From Spirulina sp. (GTDB taxonomy: Bacteria; Cyanobacteriota; Cyanobacteriia; Phormidesmidales; Phormidesmidaceae): a stretch of 64,000 bases of DNA. A model generated the notes under the pieces. It ran no database searches, was not told where the DNA came from, and saw only the letters and a list, made by a program, of their open reading frames with translations. Where the stretch lies: contig JBIPSI010000002.1 in the NCBI GenBank assembly GCA_044070495.1, forward strand, positions 128,001 through 192,000. Reading direction: 5' to 3'. The position numbers and the translations under genes are program-made. Below, piece after piece: positions 23,003 to 34,938 of this stretch; the stretch's first letter is position 1; each line of letters starts with the position of its first letter.

Positions 23003-25282
23003 ATGCAACAGGTTTTCTTAAGCTTCGTAAAGCAAAGGCCCCATGTCCAAACCATGGCGAGTAAATCCGGTGGCATGTTTTCCGGTGGCATGTTTAAGAA
23101 TGGACACCGGGGCATTCCGTCTCCATTCAAGCCCGGTGGGCAGGGTTGGCGCTTCCTGCTAGGGTTACTGATAGCCCTTGGTTTTGCCGTAATCCCCATG
23201 TCTGCAAGTTCCGTATCCGCCCAGTCCCTCACCTATCCGGTCAGCCCTCGTCAGTCCCAGGTGGATGTCTACCACGGCATTGAGGTGGCCGATCCCTACC
23301 GCTGGCTAGAGGACACGCAATCCGCCGAAACCCAGGCCTGGATTGAGGCCCAGAATCAGCTCACCTTTGGCTATTTGGCCCAATTGCCGGGACGGGATGT
23401 CCTTAACCAACGACTGACCCAACTGTGGAACTACGAGCGCTACAGCACCCCCTTCAAGCGGGGTGGACGGTATTTCTACTTCAAAAACGACGGGCTGCAA
23501 AATCAGAGCGTCCTCTATACCCTGCCCAGCCTGGAGGCCGAGCCTCGGGTATTGCTGGATCCCAATACGCTCTCAGAAGATGGCACCGTGGCTCTCAGCG
23601 GCATGGCGGTGAGCGAAAACGGGACGTATCTGGCCTACGGGCTGTCCGCCAGCGGGTCAGACTGGGTGGAATGGCGGGTGCGCGACATTGAAACCGGGGA
23701 GGACACCGACGACCTGCTGAAGTGGGTGAAATTTTCTGGGGCCTCTTGGAGCCACGACCACCAGGGCTTTTTCTACAGCCGCTACGACGAACCCGACCCC
23801 GCCAACCTGCACGAGGCCGTCAACTACTACCAAAAGCTCTACTACCACCGCCTGGGCACCCCCCAAAGCGAAGACCTGCTGATCTACGAACGGCCCGACC
23901 AAAAGGAATGGGGTTTCAGCGGCGGCGTTACCGAGGACGGGCGCTACCTGATCATTTCCGTGTGGCGCGGCACCGACCCCAACAATCTGGTGTTCTATAA
24001 GGATCTAACGAATCCCGAAAGCCCCGTTACCGAGCTCATTGCCGAATTTGAGGCCAACTACAGCTTTGTGGCCAATGAAGGCAGCCGCTTTTGGTTCCGC
24101 ACCGACCGCCAAGCCCCCAAGGGTCGCCTGATTGCCATCGACCTCACCCAGCCCGACCCCACCCAGTGGCAGGAGGTGATCCCCGAAGGCGAAGACACCC
24201 TGGAGGGGGTGAGCCTGCTAAACCATCAGTTTGTGGTGGATTACCTCAAAGACGCCTACACCCAAATCCAGATCTACACCCTGGATGGAGCCTGGGTGCG
24301 GGATGTGGAACTGCCGGGAATTGGCTCGGCGGGGGGCTTTGACGGCAAGCGCGACGACACCGAGACCTTCTACAGCTTCACCAGTTTCACGGTGCCCAAC
24401 ACCCTCTACCGCTACGACATGATCACCGGGGAAAGCACCCTCTACCGCGCCGCCCAGGTGGATTTTGACCCCGATGCCTACGAAACCCGCCAGGTGTTTT
24501 ACCCTAGCGCTGATGGCACCCAAATCCCGATGTTCATTACCCACAAGCGGGGGCTAGAACTCAGCGGCCAAAACCCCACCCTGCTCTACGGCTACGGCGG
24601 TTTTAATGTGTCCCTCACCCCGGCTTTTTCCGTCAGCAATTTGGTGTGGATGGAGATGGGCGGTGTCTATGCCGTACCCAATCTGCGCGGCGGCGGTGAG
24701 TATGGCGAAGACTGGCACCAGGCCGGAACCAAGCTCAACAAGCAAAATGTGTTTGATGATTTCATTGCAGCGGCCCAGTGGTTGATCGATCAGGGCTATA
24801 CGTCCTCCCAAAAGCTGGGCATTATGGGCGGCAGCAACGGTGGCCTACTCGTCGGAGCCTGTATGACCCAACGGCCCGACCTCTTCGCCGTGGCCCTACC
24901 CGCCGTGGGGGTGCTGGATATGCTGCGGTTCAACCAGTTCACCATCGGCTGGGCCTGGGAATCGGACTACGGTTCTCCCCAAAATGAGGACGAATTCCGC
25001 GCCCTCTACGCCTACTCGCCCCTCCACAACCTGCAACCGGGCACCGCCTACCCCGCCACCCTAATCACCACCGCCGACCATGATGATCGAGTCGTTCCGG
25101 CCCACAGTTTCAAATTTGCGGCGGCGTTGCAGTATGCCCAAGGCGGCGAGGCTCCGGTGCTGATTCGCATTGACACCAAAGCAGGTCACGGGGCAGGCAA
25201 ACCCACTACCAAGGTGATCGAAGAAGCCGCCGACAAATGGGCCTTCCTGGCGCACCACACGGGTCTCAATCTCTGGGATTAG
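23003..25282 (+). CDS. Prolyl oligopeptidase (S9A); start uncertain (alternative ATG at 23198)
   Basis: DPYRWLED, GGSNGG nucleophile, DHDDRV and AGHGAG. Confidence 0.95.
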   Translation: MQQVFLSFVKQRPHVQTMASKSGGMFSGGMFKNGHRGIPSPFKPGGQGWRFLLGLLIALGFAVIPMSASSVSAQSLTYPVSPRQSQVDVYHGIEVADPYRWLEDTQSAETQAWIEAQNQLTFGYLAQLPGRDVLNQRLTQLWNYERYSTPFKRGGRYFYFKNDGLQNQSVLYTLPSLEAEPRVLLDPNTLSEDGTVALSGMAVSENGTYLAYGLSASGSDWVEWRVRDIETGEDTDDLLKWVKFSGASWSHDHQGFFYSRYDEPDPANLHEAVNYYQKLYYHRLGTPQSEDLLIYERPDQKEWGFSGGVTEDGRYLIISVWRGTDPNNLVFYKDLTNPESPVTELIAEFEANYSFVANEGSRFWFRTDRQAPKGRLIAIDLTQPDPTQWQEVIPEGEDTLEGVSLLNHQFVVDYLKDAYTQIQIYTLDGAWVRDVELPGIGSAGGFDGKRDDTETFYSFTSFTVPNTLYRYDMITGESTLYRAAQVDFDPDAYETRQVFYPSADGTQIPMFITHKRGLELSGQNPTLLYGYGGFNVSLTPAFSVSNLVWMEMGGVYAVPNLRGGGEYGEDWHQAGTKLNKQNVFDDFIAAAQWLIDQGYTSSQKLGIMGGSNGGLLVGACMTQRPDLFAVALPAVGVLDMLRFNQFTIGWAWESDYGSPQNEDEFRALYAYSPLHNLQPGTAYPATLITTADHDDRVVPAHSFKFAAALQYAQGGEAPVLIRIDTKAGHGAGKPTTKVIEEAADKWAFLAHHTGLNLWD

Positions 25283-25303
25283 CAACCGTGGAAGAAATGG
25301 CCC

Positions 25304-28021
25304 CTAGGGGTTGATCTCCGCTAGGACTTGTTCATCAGGCTCAGTCTCCGTGGTTTCGGATGGTTCAGGATCAGAGGGTTCAGGATCGGCGGCAGCGGCT
25401 TCCTGGGTGCTGAAAACCAAGCCATCGTCGCCCTGATCGACGTGGATCGTCGCGCCTTCGGTGAAGGTGGTTTCTAGGATTTTGGTGGCGATGGGGTTTT
25501 CCAAAAGGCGCTGGATGGCCCGCTTGAGGGGGCGGGCACCGTAGACGGGGTCGTAGCCGCTTTCGGCAATGAAGTCGATGGCGGCATCGGTGATATCGAG
25601 GCGAATTTTCTGGTCGGTGAGGCGTTTTTCCACCCGCCGAATTTGAATCGCCACAATTTTCCGCAGTTCCTGTTTCCGCAGAGAGTGGAACAGAATCAGG
25701 TCATCCACGCGGTTAAGAAATTCGGGACGGAATTGCTTTTGTAGCGCCTTCAGCACCAGGCTACGCATTTCGTCGTAGCGGTCGTCGTCGCCCGCCAGTT
25801 CCAAAATGTGGTCGCTACCCAGGTTGCTGGTCATGATCACCACGGTGTTGCGAAAATCGACCCGGTGGCCCTGGGAGTCGGTAATGCGGCCATCGTCCAG
25901 CACTTGCAGGAGGATGTTAAACACATCGGGGTGGGCTTTTTCCACTTCATCCAGCAGCACCACGGAGTAGGGATGGCGGCGCACCGCTTCCGAGAGTTGG
26001 CCCCCATCTTCGTAGCCCACATAGCCGGGAGGGGCACCCACCAGGCGCGATACGGCGTTTTTCTCCATATATTCCGACATATCGATGCGAATCAGGGCAT
26101 CTTCGGTGTCGAACAGGAATTCTGCTAGGGCGCGGGCCAGTTCCGTTTTGCCCACCCCCGTTGGCCCCATGAACAGGAAGGAACCCAGGGGCCGACCGGG
26201 ATCGTTCATCCCCGCACGGGCGCGACGAATGGCGGCGGCAACGGCTTCCACGGCTTCGTTTTGGCCGATGACGCGGTCGTGGAGGTGGCCCTCCAGTTGC
26301 AGCAGCTTTTGCCGCTCCGAGGCCATCAGGCGATTGACTGGGATGCCCGTCCATTTGGCGACGATTTCGGCAATGTCGGCATCGGTAACTTGTTTGCGGG
26401 CCAGAGCTGTCCCTTGGTCTTGAATTTCGGCAAGCTGGGCTTCCAGCGCTTCCCGTTCCTGCTGCACCGCCTCCAGTCTGCCGTACTTGAGCTGGGCGGC
26501 TTTGTTCAGGTCGTAATCCCGTTCGGCCTGGTCAATCTGGCGGCGCAGGTTTTCTTCTTCTTCCTTGAGGGTGTGGATGGCATCACGGGCCTGGTTTTGC
26601 AGTTGCCACTGGTCATCCAGGGTTTGCTTTTGGGGGGTGAGGAGGTCAATTTCCTGCTGAATGCGATCCAGGCGTTCGCGGGTGGCCCGACTGGCGGTTC
26701 CCGCCCGTTCTTCGGCCTCCAGGGAGAGCTTTTCCATTTCAAGCTGCATCAGCCGCCGCCCCATGTCCTCTAATTCGGCGGGCTTGGAGGTAATCTCCAT
26801 CTTCAGCTTGGCCGCCGCTTCGTCGATCAGATCAATGGCCTTGTCGGGCAGGAATCGGTCGGCAATGTAGCGATCCGACAACACCGCCGCCGCCACCAGG
26901 GCGCTATCGGCAAACTCCACTTCGTGGTAGCCTTCGTAGCGATTTTTTAGCCCCCGCAGGATGGAAATGGTGTCCTCAGCGCTGGGCTGGCCAATGTAGA
27001 CCTGCTGGAAACGCCGTTCTAGGGCGGCATCTTTTTCGATGTGTTTGCGGTATTCGTCTAGCGTGGTGGCCCCAATGCAGCGCAGTTCGCCCCTGGCCAG
27101 CATGGGCTTCAGCAGGTTGCCCGCATCCATGGTGCCTTGGCCTGCCCCAGCCCCTACCACGGTGTGCAGTTCGTCGATAAACAGAATGATCTGCCCCTCG
27201 GAGTCGGTGACTTCCTTCAGCACCAGCCGCAGGCGTTCTTCAAATTCGCCCCGGAACTTGGCTCCAGCAATCAGCCCGCCAATGTCCAGGGAAATCAGCG
27301 TCCGCCCCTTCAGCGATTCCGGCACCTCGCCGTTGATGATGCGCTGGGCCAGGGCTTCGGCGATGGCGGTTTTGCCCACCCCCGGTTCGCCAATTACCAC
27401 TGGGTTATTTTTGGTGCGTCGAGAAAGTACCTGGATCACCCGCCGAATTTCCTCGTCGCGGCCAATCACAGGATCCAGCTTGCCGTCCCGTGCTGCCTGG
27501 GTCAGATCCAACCCGAACCGTTCCAATGCCTCGTACTGGGCCTCCGGCTTGGGATCGGTAACGCGCTGACTGCCCCGCACCGCCTGGATCGCCGCCATCA
27601 GTTCGGCGGAATCCACATTAAAGCCCCGCAGCAACCGTCGCCCAATCCGCTCATCCTGCTGAAACCCCAGCAGCAAGTGCTCTACGGAAATGAACTGATC
27701 TTTAAAGTTCTCCCGTGCTTCCTCCGCCTTGTCCAGCATTCGATCCAGGCTTTTGCCCAGGTACAAATTGCCGTCCATGGGGGTGCGTACCTTGGCCTGC
27801 CGCTGGGTAAAGGTTTCCAGTTCGTCCAGGATGAGATCCGTATCCAGCTTGGCCTTGGCCAAAACGCGGTGGGCCAGCCCATCCTCCTCCTGGTCGAGCA
27901 TGGCAATCATCACATGCTCGACTTCTAAATACTGATGTTTGAAGCGACGGGCGACATCCTGCGCCTCAACGATGGCATCCCAGGCTTTGTCGGTAAACTT
28001 ATCCGGATCGGTGGGCTGCAT
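25304..28021 (-). CDS. clpB: ATP-dependent chaperone ClpB
   Basis: Two AAA+ modules, a long coiled-coil middle domain (AAQLKYG), and an MQPTDP start typical of cyanobacterial ClpB2. Confidence 0.96.
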   Translation of the reverse strand: MQPTDPDKFTDKAWDAIVEAQDVARRFKHQYLEVEHVMIAMLDQEEDGLAHRVLAKAKLDTDLILDELETFTQRQAKVRTPMDGNLYLGKSLDRMLDKAEEARENFKDQFISVEHLLLGFQQDERIGRRLLRGFNVDSAELMAAIQAVRGSQRVTDPKPEAQYEALERFGLDLTQAARDGKLDPVIGRDEEIRRVIQVLSRRTKNNPVVIGEPGVGKTAIAEALAQRIINGEVPESLKGRTLISLDIGGLIAGAKFRGEFEERLRLVLKEVTDSEGQIILFIDELHTVVGAGAGQGTMDAGNLLKPMLARGELRCIGATTLDEYRKHIEKDAALERRFQQVYIGQPSAEDTISILRGLKNRYEGYHEVEFADSALVAAAVLSDRYIADRFLPDKAIDLIDEAAAKLKMEITSKPAELEDMGRRLMQLEMEKLSLEAEERAGTASRATRERLDRIQQEIDLLTPQKQTLDDQWQLQNQARDAIHTLKEEEENLRRQIDQAERDYDLNKAAQLKYGRLEAVQQEREALEAQLAEIQDQGTALARKQVTDADIAEIVAKWTGIPVNRLMASERQKLLQLEGHLHDRVIGQNEAVEAVAAAIRRARAGMNDPGRPLGSFLFMGPTGVGKTELARALAEFLFDTEDALIRIDMSEYMEKNAVSRLVGAPPGYVGYEDGGQLSEAVRRHPYSVVLLDEVEKAHPDVFNILLQVLDDGRITDSQGHRVDFRNTVVIMTSNLGSDHILELAGDDDRYDEMRSLVLKALQKQFRPEFLNRVDDLILFHSLRKQELRKIVAIQIRRVEKRLTDQKIRLDITDAAIDFIAESGYDPVYGARPLKRAIQRLLENPIATKILETTFTEGATIHVDQGDDGLVFSTQEAAAADPEPSDPEPSETTETEPDEQVLAEINP

Positions 28022-28300
28022 AATCTCCGTGGGCAGACGGTTTACGGTTTGTAACGGTTGGAGGATCAGTATATCAGGTACGGGGGAGGGGCATTGTTAA
28101 GGGGGTAGGGCGGATTGGCGGATTACGGTAGGGGCGAAGTCTTCCCACCCAGAGGGTCTAAGGCCCAGTCTCTCCGCCCAGAGGATAGGGTCGCCAGGGG
28201 ATGGGGTTAATATCTGTAGGCTTTTCTGTACGGTCTGACGGTTTCAATCCGGGGGGCGTGGTTCGATGGTGGTATTCCCTTGATGTTGTGAGCCTAGGCG

Positions 28301-29455
28301 ATGATGGCTAGCGAGGACTTTTATCGGTCGCTTCCAGTGCTAGAGCGCTTTATCGACCTGGCGGATTCCACGCATTATCGGACGGCTCCGGCGGATTGGT
28401 ATGTGTTGATGACCGACGTAGCTGGGTCTACCGCCGCCATCGAACGGGGACAATATAAAGCCGTCAACGTGCTGGGGGCAAGTTCCATTATGGCGGTGCT
28501 CAACGCCATCGCGCCCTTGGATGTGCCCTTTGTATTCGGGGGCGATGGGGCCGTATTACTGGTGCCTCCCTCGGCCCTGGGGCAGGCGCGGGAAGCCCTG
28601 CTGGGGCTAAAAACCATTGCTCAGGAAGCCTTTGGGCTAACCCTGCGGGTGGGGGTGGTGCCTGTGTCGGCCTTGGCCCCAGAGATGCCTGTGAAGGTGG
28701 CTAAGTTTCGTCTCACGCCCACCTATTGTCAGGCGAATTTTTTGGGCGGGGGCATCACCTATGCCGAGCGATTGATCAAAACCGAGGCGATGTATCGACT
28801 GGAGCAGGCAGGCAACCCCGCCACGGCTAACCTATCGGGCCTAGAATGCCGTTGGCGGGCCATTCCCAGCAAACCAGGGCACACCCTCAGCCTAATTGTG
28901 GCGGCCCCCAAGCGTGGGCATACCCTACCCCCTGCCGTCTTTCGGGAGGTGCTGACTCAAATCCAAACCCTCTACGGCAACCCAGCCGACTATCACCCTG
29001 CTGCGATAGATCGGTTGACGGTAACGCTCAATCCGCTTCAGCTTTCGGCGGAGGTGAAGGCCCACAGACCCAAATCGGGGCAATGGGTCTACTGGATTAG
29101 GGCGTACCTAGAAACCCTGTTGGGCTTTGCCTTCATGGCGCTGGGAATCAAGGCTGGCGGGGTAGACTGGGGCCGCTATCGGCAGGAGGTGTGGGCGGCA
29201 TCGGACTACCAAAAGCTCGATGATTCTCTACGCATGGTGATGGCGGGCACCCCAGCCCAAACCCAGCAGCTTAGAGACTATTTGGAAGATCGCTACCAAC
29301 GGGGATACCTCGCCTACGGCCTTCATGTTTCCGACCGAGCACTCATGACCTGCCTGATCCTCAACCGCCGAGATCGCCACTTTCACCTCATCGACAGCGC
29401 CGATGGAGGCTATGCCCTAGCCGCCAAACAACTCAAAGCCCGTCTGCGGGGCTAG
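28301..29455 (+). CDS. DUF3095 family protein
   Basis: DVAGST…GQYKAVN, FVFGGDGA, GLECRW and HLIDSADGGYALAA. Confidence 0.85.
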   Translation: MMASEDFYRSLPVLERFIDLADSTHYRTAPADWYVLMTDVAGSTAAIERGQYKAVNVLGASSIMAVLNAIAPLDVPFVFGGDGAVLLVPPSALGQAREALLGLKTIAQEAFGLTLRVGVVPVSALAPEMPVKVAKFRLTPTYCQANFLGGGITYAERLIKTEAMYRLEQAGNPATANLSGLECRWRAIPSKPGHTLSLIVAAPKRGHTLPPAVFREVLTQIQTLYGNPADYHPAAIDRLTVTLNPLQLSAEVKAHRPKSGQWVYWIRAYLETLLGFAFMALGIKAGGVDWGRYRQEVWAASDYQKLDDSLRMVMAGTPAQTQQLRDYLEDRYQRGYLAYGLHVSDRALMTCLILNRRDRHFHLIDSADGGYALAAKQLKARLRG

Positions 29456-29477
29456 GGTGCTCGTTGCCCAACCGACA

Positions 29478-29771
29478 TTAGGAACTACGGCGATCCCGCT
29501 GGATGTCGTAGATCGCCTTTTCCCAGCACCATTGTTCGCTGTGGTTGGGGTTGCGAAGCTGCACCTGATCCACCAAGCGCTGGGCTACATCCTGGTTGCC
29601 ACCCACCAAACGCAGCAGTTCCCGCCGGGTGGCACCTTTGACGGAGCGGGGTTGGGTTGGGGCAGCGGTGGATCGGGTACGACGATAGCTCCTCCCTCGC
29701 CCTCGAAAGCGCTTCAGCCAAAAAAACAACCCGACGAGAAGCGCAATCGCCAACAGAAAAGAAAGATCCAT
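29478..29771 (-). CDS. Hypothetical small membrane-anchored protein
   Basis: N-terminal TM plus SEQWCWEKAIYDIQRDR, a tail I recognise from cyanobacterial proteins. Confidence 0.75.
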   Translation of the reverse strand: MDLSFLLAIALLVGLFFWLKRFRGRGRSYRRTRSTAAPTQPRSVKGATRRELLRLVGGNQDVAQRLVDQVQLRNPNHSEQWCWEKAIYDIQRDRRSS

Positions 29772-29842
29772 GTCCCACGCCGTTCTGACCCGTAGATTCC
29801 CATCCTAGCTCAGTCCCTAGGAGGGCATTCGTCTAGGGTGGC

Positions 29843-30112
29843 TCAACCGTTGCCGACCTCCGCCGAAAAGCGATCCATGGCCTGGTTGGTAGACCATTGA
29901 TATTCCACCGTGATATTGGACAGCTTGCAGATTTGCTCTAGCTGGCGCTGTTGGGAAAGCGCCTTTCTCAGCGTAAAAATTAGCTCTTGGGTCTGCTGCT
30001 TCAGGTGGGGCGAGGGGTAGACCGTCGCCATGGTCTGTTGTTCTAGCAGTTGTAACAGTAGCTCGTAGTGGATGTGGGATGGCAGTGGAACTGGCTGGCC
30101 CGGAGTCACCAT
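29843..30112 (-). CDS. DUF5340-type conserved cyanobacterial protein
   Basis: PLPSHIHYELLLQLLEQQT…LRKALSQQRQLE. Lies downstream of trpC. Confidence 0.8.
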   Translation of the reverse strand: MVTPGQPVPLPSHIHYELLLQLLEQQTMATVYPSPHLKQQTQELIFTLRKALSQQRQLEQICKLSNITVEYQWSTNQAMDRFSAEVGNG

Positions 30113-30179
30113 AGGTGTTGTGCCCCAAAAAATAAACCCGCGTACGTTAACCGTATTCCGTTGAGTCAGAGACAGTCGG

Positions 30180-31076
30180 TCACGAATCTGCCCTTGACGG
30201 AAATAGTTGATGAATCGCGGCCCCTGGATCGGGCTGTCGCATCAGCGATTCCCCTACCAGTATGGCACTGGCTCCAGAAGTAGCCAAGGTTTGCACATCT
30301 TCGGCGGTGAAAATGCCGGATTCGGCTACGACTAGGGCATTTCTGGCTTGCAGTTCAGCTCGTCGGGCGGTAATCAGGGTTTCGGTGGTGGCCAGGTCGG
30401 TGGTGAAGGTTTCTAGGTCACGGTTGTTGATGCCGATTAGCGTTACCGCCGGGATTGCCAGCACCCGATCCAGTTCCTCCAGGGTGTGAACCTCGACCAA
30501 GGCCGCCATGCCCAGGGCCTTAGCGATTTGGACAAAGTAGCTCAGGTCTTTGTCGGACAAAATGGCCGCAATCAGCAGCACCGCATCGGCCCCTTTGCAG
30601 CGGGCCAGGTACATCTGGTAGGGGTAGATGATGAACTCCTTGCAGAGCAACGGAATCTCTACCGCCTGCCGCACCTGGGCTAGGTACTCAAAATCGCCCT
30701 GGAAGAAGGCTTTGTCTGTGAGTACCGAGAGGCAAGCGGCCCCGTGGCGGGCGTAGGTTTGGGCAATGGCCACGGGGTCAAAGTCTTCGCGGATCACGCC
30801 CTTGCTGGGGGAGGCTTTTTTGACCTCGGCAATTAACGCCGGAGTGGTTGGCCCCTGGCGCAGGGCGGCAATGAAGTCCCTGGCTGGAAGAGCAGTCAAC
30901 ACCTGGCGCTGAAGGTCGGCCAAGGGGAGGCGTTCCCGCAGTTGGGTCACCTCTTTTTCCTTGTGCCAAACGATTTTTTCCAGAATGTTACGCGGTTCGG
31001 CGTCGGGGGCTGGGACTTGGTAATGCAAATGCTTCACCGCAACAGGGGGATTGGGGGGACGACGGCGGATGGTCAT
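30180..31076 (-). CDS. trpC: Indole-3-glycerol phosphate synthase
   Basis: [25 protein letters not shown] and AESGI. Confidence 0.97.
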   Translation of the reverse strand: MTIRRRPPNPPVAVKHLHYQVPAPDAEPRNILEKIVWHKEKEVTQLRERLPLADLQRQVLTALPARDFIAALRQGPTTPALIAEVKKASPSKGVIREDFDPVAIAQTYARHGAACLSVLTDKAFFQGDFEYLAQVRQAVEIPLLCKEFIIYPYQMYLARCKGADAVLLIAAILSDKDLSYFVQIAKALGMAALVEVHTLEELDRVLAIPAVTLIGINNRDLETFTTDLATTETLITARRAELQARNALVVAESGIFTAEDVQTLATSGASAILVGESLMRQPDPGAAIHQLFPSRADS

Positions 31077-32509
31077 ACGGGCACCACCACCGCTCGCTTG
31101 AAGGCTTCATCCATCACCTCAGAGAGGGTGGGGTGGGTGTGGACGCAGAAGGACAGATCGGTCACCGTTTGCCCCTGGTGGATGGCGTTGGCGGCTTCTT
31201 GGATCAAATCCGCCGCATGGAGTCCAATAATATGCGCCCCCAGGATTTCCCCGGTGTCTTTGCGGTAGATCACCTTGGCCAAGCCCTCGGTTTCTCCTTC
31301 CGCTAGGGCTTTGGAATTGCCCTTGAAGTAGCTGCGTACGGTGTCGATGGCGAATCCTTCGGCCTCGGCCTTTTGTTTGGCGGCGGGTTCCGTCAGCCCC
31401 ACAAAGCTGACTTCGGGATGGGTGAAGGCGGCGGCGGGGATGCTCATGTAGTTAACGGTGCGATCCTGACCGCAGATGTTCTCGACGGTGATCACCCCCT
31501 GGGCAGAGGCGGCGTGGGCCAGCATCATCTTGCCCGTGGCGTCGCCAATCGCCCACAGGTGAGGCACGGGTTCGCCGTTGCGGGTCACTTGCAGGCGGTC
31601 GTTGACGGGGATGAACCCACGCCGATCAAGCTCCACGCCCACTCGCTCTAGGCCCATGTTCTTGGCAGCGGGAATGCGTCCGGTGGCCACCAGGCAGGCA
31701 TCCACCTCCAGGACTTCTACCACTTCCTTGGTTTCCCGGTCGGCCAGTTCAATCACCACGGGGTTGCCGGGGGTGATGGTTTTGGCGATTAGTCCGGCGC
31801 GGGTATCAATATCACGCGGCGCAATCAGCACCCGCTGGGCCACCTTGGCAATGTCGGGGTCGAAGGTGGGCATGAGCTGATCGAGGGCTTCGATGATGGT
31901 GACTTCGCAGCCCAGGGCGGTGTAAATATCGGAAAATTCTAGGCCAATGTAGCCGCTGCCGATGATGGCGATCCAGTCCGGTAGCCAGTCCAGCTTCAGG
32001 GCTTCATCACTCGTAAACACGGTTTTGCCGTCGGTGGTGATGCCGGGGGGCACAAAGGGCACGGAACCCGGAGCCAAAATGATGTCCTTGGCGGTGACGA
32101 CCTTTTCGCCCTCGGCGGTGTCGATGGCCACCTTTTGTTCGCCCACCACGCGGCCCCAGCCCTTAATAATGTCTACGTTCAGGCGGGTGAGGCTGTTGGT
32201 GAGGTCGCCCTGGATTTTGCTGACCAGGTTTTTGGCGTGGTCGGCGATGGCGCTGCGGTCGTAGCCCACCTGGCCGACCTGAATGCCCATGGACTTGAGG
32301 TGGTGATCGTCGCGCAGTTCCCGCACCCGACCCGATGCCGCCAGCAACGCCTTGGAGGGAATGCAGCCCCGGTTAACGCAGGTGCCGCCCATCACATCCG
32401 CTTCTACAATGGCGGTTTTTAGACCCGATTTAACGGCGTGGAGCGCGGCCCCATGGCCCCCAACCCCAGCCCCGATAATGATTAGGTCGTAGTCAAATGC
32501 GTCGCTCAC
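31073..32509 (-). CDS. lpdA: Dihydrolipoyl dehydrogenase
   Basis: GAGVGG FAD motif, [13 protein letters not shown] disulfide, and HPTLSE. Confidence 0.97.
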   Translation of the reverse strand: MSDAFDYDLIIIGAGVGGHGAALHAVKSGLKTAIVEADVMGGTCVNRGCIPSKALLAASGRVRELRDDHHLKSMGIQVGQVGYDRSAIADHAKNLVSKIQGDLTNSLTRLNVDIIKGWGRVVGEQKVAIDTAEGEKVVTAKDIILAPGSVPFVPPGITTDGKTVFTSDEALKLDWLPDWIAIIGSGYIGLEFSDIYTALGCEVTIIEALDQLMPTFDPDIAKVAQRVLIAPRDIDTRAGLIAKTITPGNPVVIELADRETKEVVEVLEVDACLVATGRIPAAKNMGLERVGVELDRRGFIPVNDRLQVTRNGEPVPHLWAIGDATGKMMLAHAASAQGVITVENICGQDRTVNYMSIPAAAFTHPEVSFVGLTEPAAKQKAEAEGFAIDTVRSYFKGNSKALAEGETEGLAKVIYRKDTGEILGAHIIGLHAADLIQEAANAIHQGQTVTDLSFCVHTHPTLSEVMDEAFKRAVVVPV

Positions 32510-32767
32510 AGCAGGCTCCTAAGGCAAACCCAAAACTTACAACATCATCGCCTAGGGGTACGGCTGAACCCCAGACAACGGAACATCCTCCATTCTTGAC
32601 CACACAGGGCCAATTAGACAACACCCTAGGATGGGTAAGCACTGGAAGCGAAGCCTCTACAACCTGCCTCTAGGTTAAAACGCCAGCCCCCTGCCTCCAG
32701 CGATGCCGAAACGACTGAAGGGGTCAGGAGGCACTATTCTGGACAGATCTGGACAGAAAATCGCGCC

Positions 32768-33961
32768 TCACAATAGCCGAGAGATTGCCAAAACCGCCTC
32801 ACTGAGATGCTCGAAGGCCTGAGTTACGTCGGATGCGGTGGTAAATTTGCCCAATCCAAGCCGGAGGGAGCCTTCTACTAAAGGTTCCGGCAAATTCATC
32901 GCCCTCAGCACATGGGACGGGGCCTCAACCCCAGAGGAACAGGCGGATCCGGTAGAAAGGGCGAGTTTGTGCCGCACTCTGGCGATGATGGCGCTGTTGG
33001 GGATGCCAGGTATGGAAATGTGTAGGTTCCCAGCCAGACGGTTTTGTGGGTCGCCGTTGATCACTAGGTTGGGAATGTGATCTTGGAGCAGGGCTTGTAG
33101 GCGATCTCGCTTTTTCCCAATTTCAGCCTCATCCACCGCCATTTCGTCTACCCGTAGCCGACAGGCTTCCCCTAACCCTACAATCCCCGGCAGGTTTAGG
33201 GTGCCGGGGCGGATCCCCCGCTGTTGTCCGCCGCCGTAGGTTAAGGGCGCGAGTTGATATCCTCGCTGAACAACCAGTGCCCCTACTCCCTGGGGGCCGT
33301 AGAGCTTGTGAGCGGACAGGGCCAGCAGGGTAAGCCCCCACTCGTTAAACTGAATCGGAATTTTGCCGACGGCTTGGCAGGCATCGCAGAGAAAGGGAAC
33401 CTGGTATCTCTGGGCGATGGCCGCAATTTTCTCTATCGGGTAAACCGTACCGACTTCGTTGTTGGCCGCCATGATGCAGAGCAGATGAAGGCCATGGGCA
33501 CAGGCTTGCTCTAGCGCATCCAGATCCAGACGGGCCTGGGTATCGACAGGGATATAAATGAGATCGATACGCCCTTGTTTCTGGAGGGCGGCGCAGGTGT
33601 CGAGGACGGCTTTGTGTTCAACGGTGGAGATGGCGATGCGGGGTTTGCCCTCACCCCCAGCCCTTTGGCCCTCACCCCCAGCCCCTCTCCCCAGGGAGAG
33701 GGGAGCTAGAGCGTTGATGGTGCCTTGGATGGCGAGGTTGAGGCTTTCGGTGGCCCCAGATGTGAAGATAATATCTCTGGGGGTAGCGCCCACCAGTTCA
33801 GCAACGTGGCGGCTGGCTTGTTTAACGGCGGCTTCGGCCCGATCCCCCACCTCATGATCGAGGCTGCTAGCGTTGCCAAAATGCGTCGTCATCGCCTGTA
33901 AAACCTTTTCCGCCACCCTTGGATCAACGGGAGTTGTGGCGTGGTAGTCAAGATAGATCAT
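32768..33961 (-). CDS. Cysteine desulfurase, SspA/DndA-like sulfur donor of the PT locus
   Basis: MIYLDYHATTP, SAHKLYGP PLP lysine, and STGSACSS catalytic Cys. Co-oriented with sspB and sspC in the island. Confidence 0.9.
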   Translation of the reverse strand: MIYLDYHATTPVDPRVAEKVLQAMTTHFGNASSLDHEVGDRAEAAVKQASRHVAELVGATPRDIIFTSGATESLNLAIQGTINALAPLSLGRGAGGEGQRAGGEGKPRIAISTVEHKAVLDTCAALQKQGRIDLIYIPVDTQARLDLDALEQACAHGLHLLCIMAANNEVGTVYPIEKIAAIAQRYQVPFLCDACQAVGKIPIQFNEWGLTLLALSAHKLYGPQGVGALVVQRGYQLAPLTYGGGQQRGIRPGTLNLPGIVGLGEACRLRVDEMAVDEAEIGKKRDRLQALLQDHIPNLVINGDPQNRLAGNLHISIPGIPNSAIIARVRHKLALSTGSACSSGVEAPSHVLRAMNLPEPLVEGSLRLGLGKFTTASDVTQAFEHLSEAVLAISRLL

Positions 33962-34118
33962 TGTCAGGAAGGGTAATTCCAGGGATAACAGGGCAACGGT
34001 ACCCTGAATCGTAGTACAGGGCGGTGTGGGTTGCCCGGTCGCCCTGGCCAAGCTGCTCCTTCTGATTCTGTGACAATGGCATAATAGAAGCCATCCGACC
34101 CGCCAAGGATGCTGTCCC

Positions 34119-34877
34119 ATGGCCGAGACCACCGGACTCACCGCCGCACCCATCCTCTATCCCGATGGCGATGGCCAACCGATGACCGAAAGCGACGCCA
34201 CTCGCGATTACCTGCTGTACTGCGTTGAGGTGCTGCAACTGTATTTCAAGGGGCGGCCTAACGTCTATGTTTCTGGCAACCTGTTTGTCTACTACGAAGA
34301 AGGCAACCCCAAAGCCTCTATTTCGCCGGATGTCTTCGTTATTTTTGGCGCGAACAACCGCAAGCGCCGCAGCTACAAAGCTTGGCAAGAGGGCAACAGA
34401 CTACCTAATTTTGTCCTAGAAATTACCTGCCGCAGCACCAAACGCCAAGACCAGGAGGAAAAACCTCGCCTCTACGCCCGCCTAGGCATTGAGGAATATT
34501 TTCAGTACGACCCCACCGCCGACTATCTCCAGCCCCAACTGCAAGGAGCCCGACTGGTGGAGGGTACCTATCACCCCCTGCCCCTGGCTTCTACCCCCGC
34601 AGGTCTGCCCTTCATCCACAGCGACGTTCTAGGGCTAGACCTGCAACTCCATCCATCCTACCCCGAACTCGGCTTGGCCCCAGCGGCCCAGGCACTCCGG
34701 TTTTATGACCCCCAAACCGGGGCAAAACTGCTCAGCCGCTACGAACTCGAACGTCTGCGCGAAGCCCTGCAAGAGGAAAATGAGCTGATTCAGCAGGAAC
34801 GGGACGCCGCCCAGCAACGAGCGGAGAAACTCGCGGCCCGCCTACGCGCTTTGGGCCTAGACCCTGACGAGGACTAA
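34119..34877 (+). CDS. Uma2 family endonuclease with coiled-coil tail
   Basis: YPDGDGQPMTE, SPDVFV, PNFVLEI, EYFQYDP and LRALGLDPD. Confidence 0.92.
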   Translation: MAETTGLTAAPILYPDGDGQPMTESDATRDYLLYCVEVLQLYFKGRPNVYVSGNLFVYYEEGNPKASISPDVFVIFGANNRKRRSYKAWQEGNRLPNFVLEITCRSTKRQDQEEKPRLYARLGIEEYFQYDPTADYLQPQLQGARLVEGTYHPLPLASTPAGLPFIHSDVLGLDLQLHPSYPELGLAPAAQALRFYDPQTGAKLLSRYELERLREALQEENELIQQERDAAQQRAEKLAARLRALGLDPDED

Positions 34878-34938
34878 GGGGAAAGATGGCCCTAGGCACG
34901 GCACAGGTTGTAGTACAGGTCTAGGGCGGTGAGGGCAA

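Noticed and set aside
32510..32767. tRNA or att site at the island edge
   Set aside because: No cloverleaf or T-loop motif, and no matching direct repeat was found at the other edge.
33962..34153. N-terminal extension of the desulfurase ORF
   Set aside because: It overlaps the opposite-strand Uma2 gene and a tail repeat. The family start MIYLD is at 33961.
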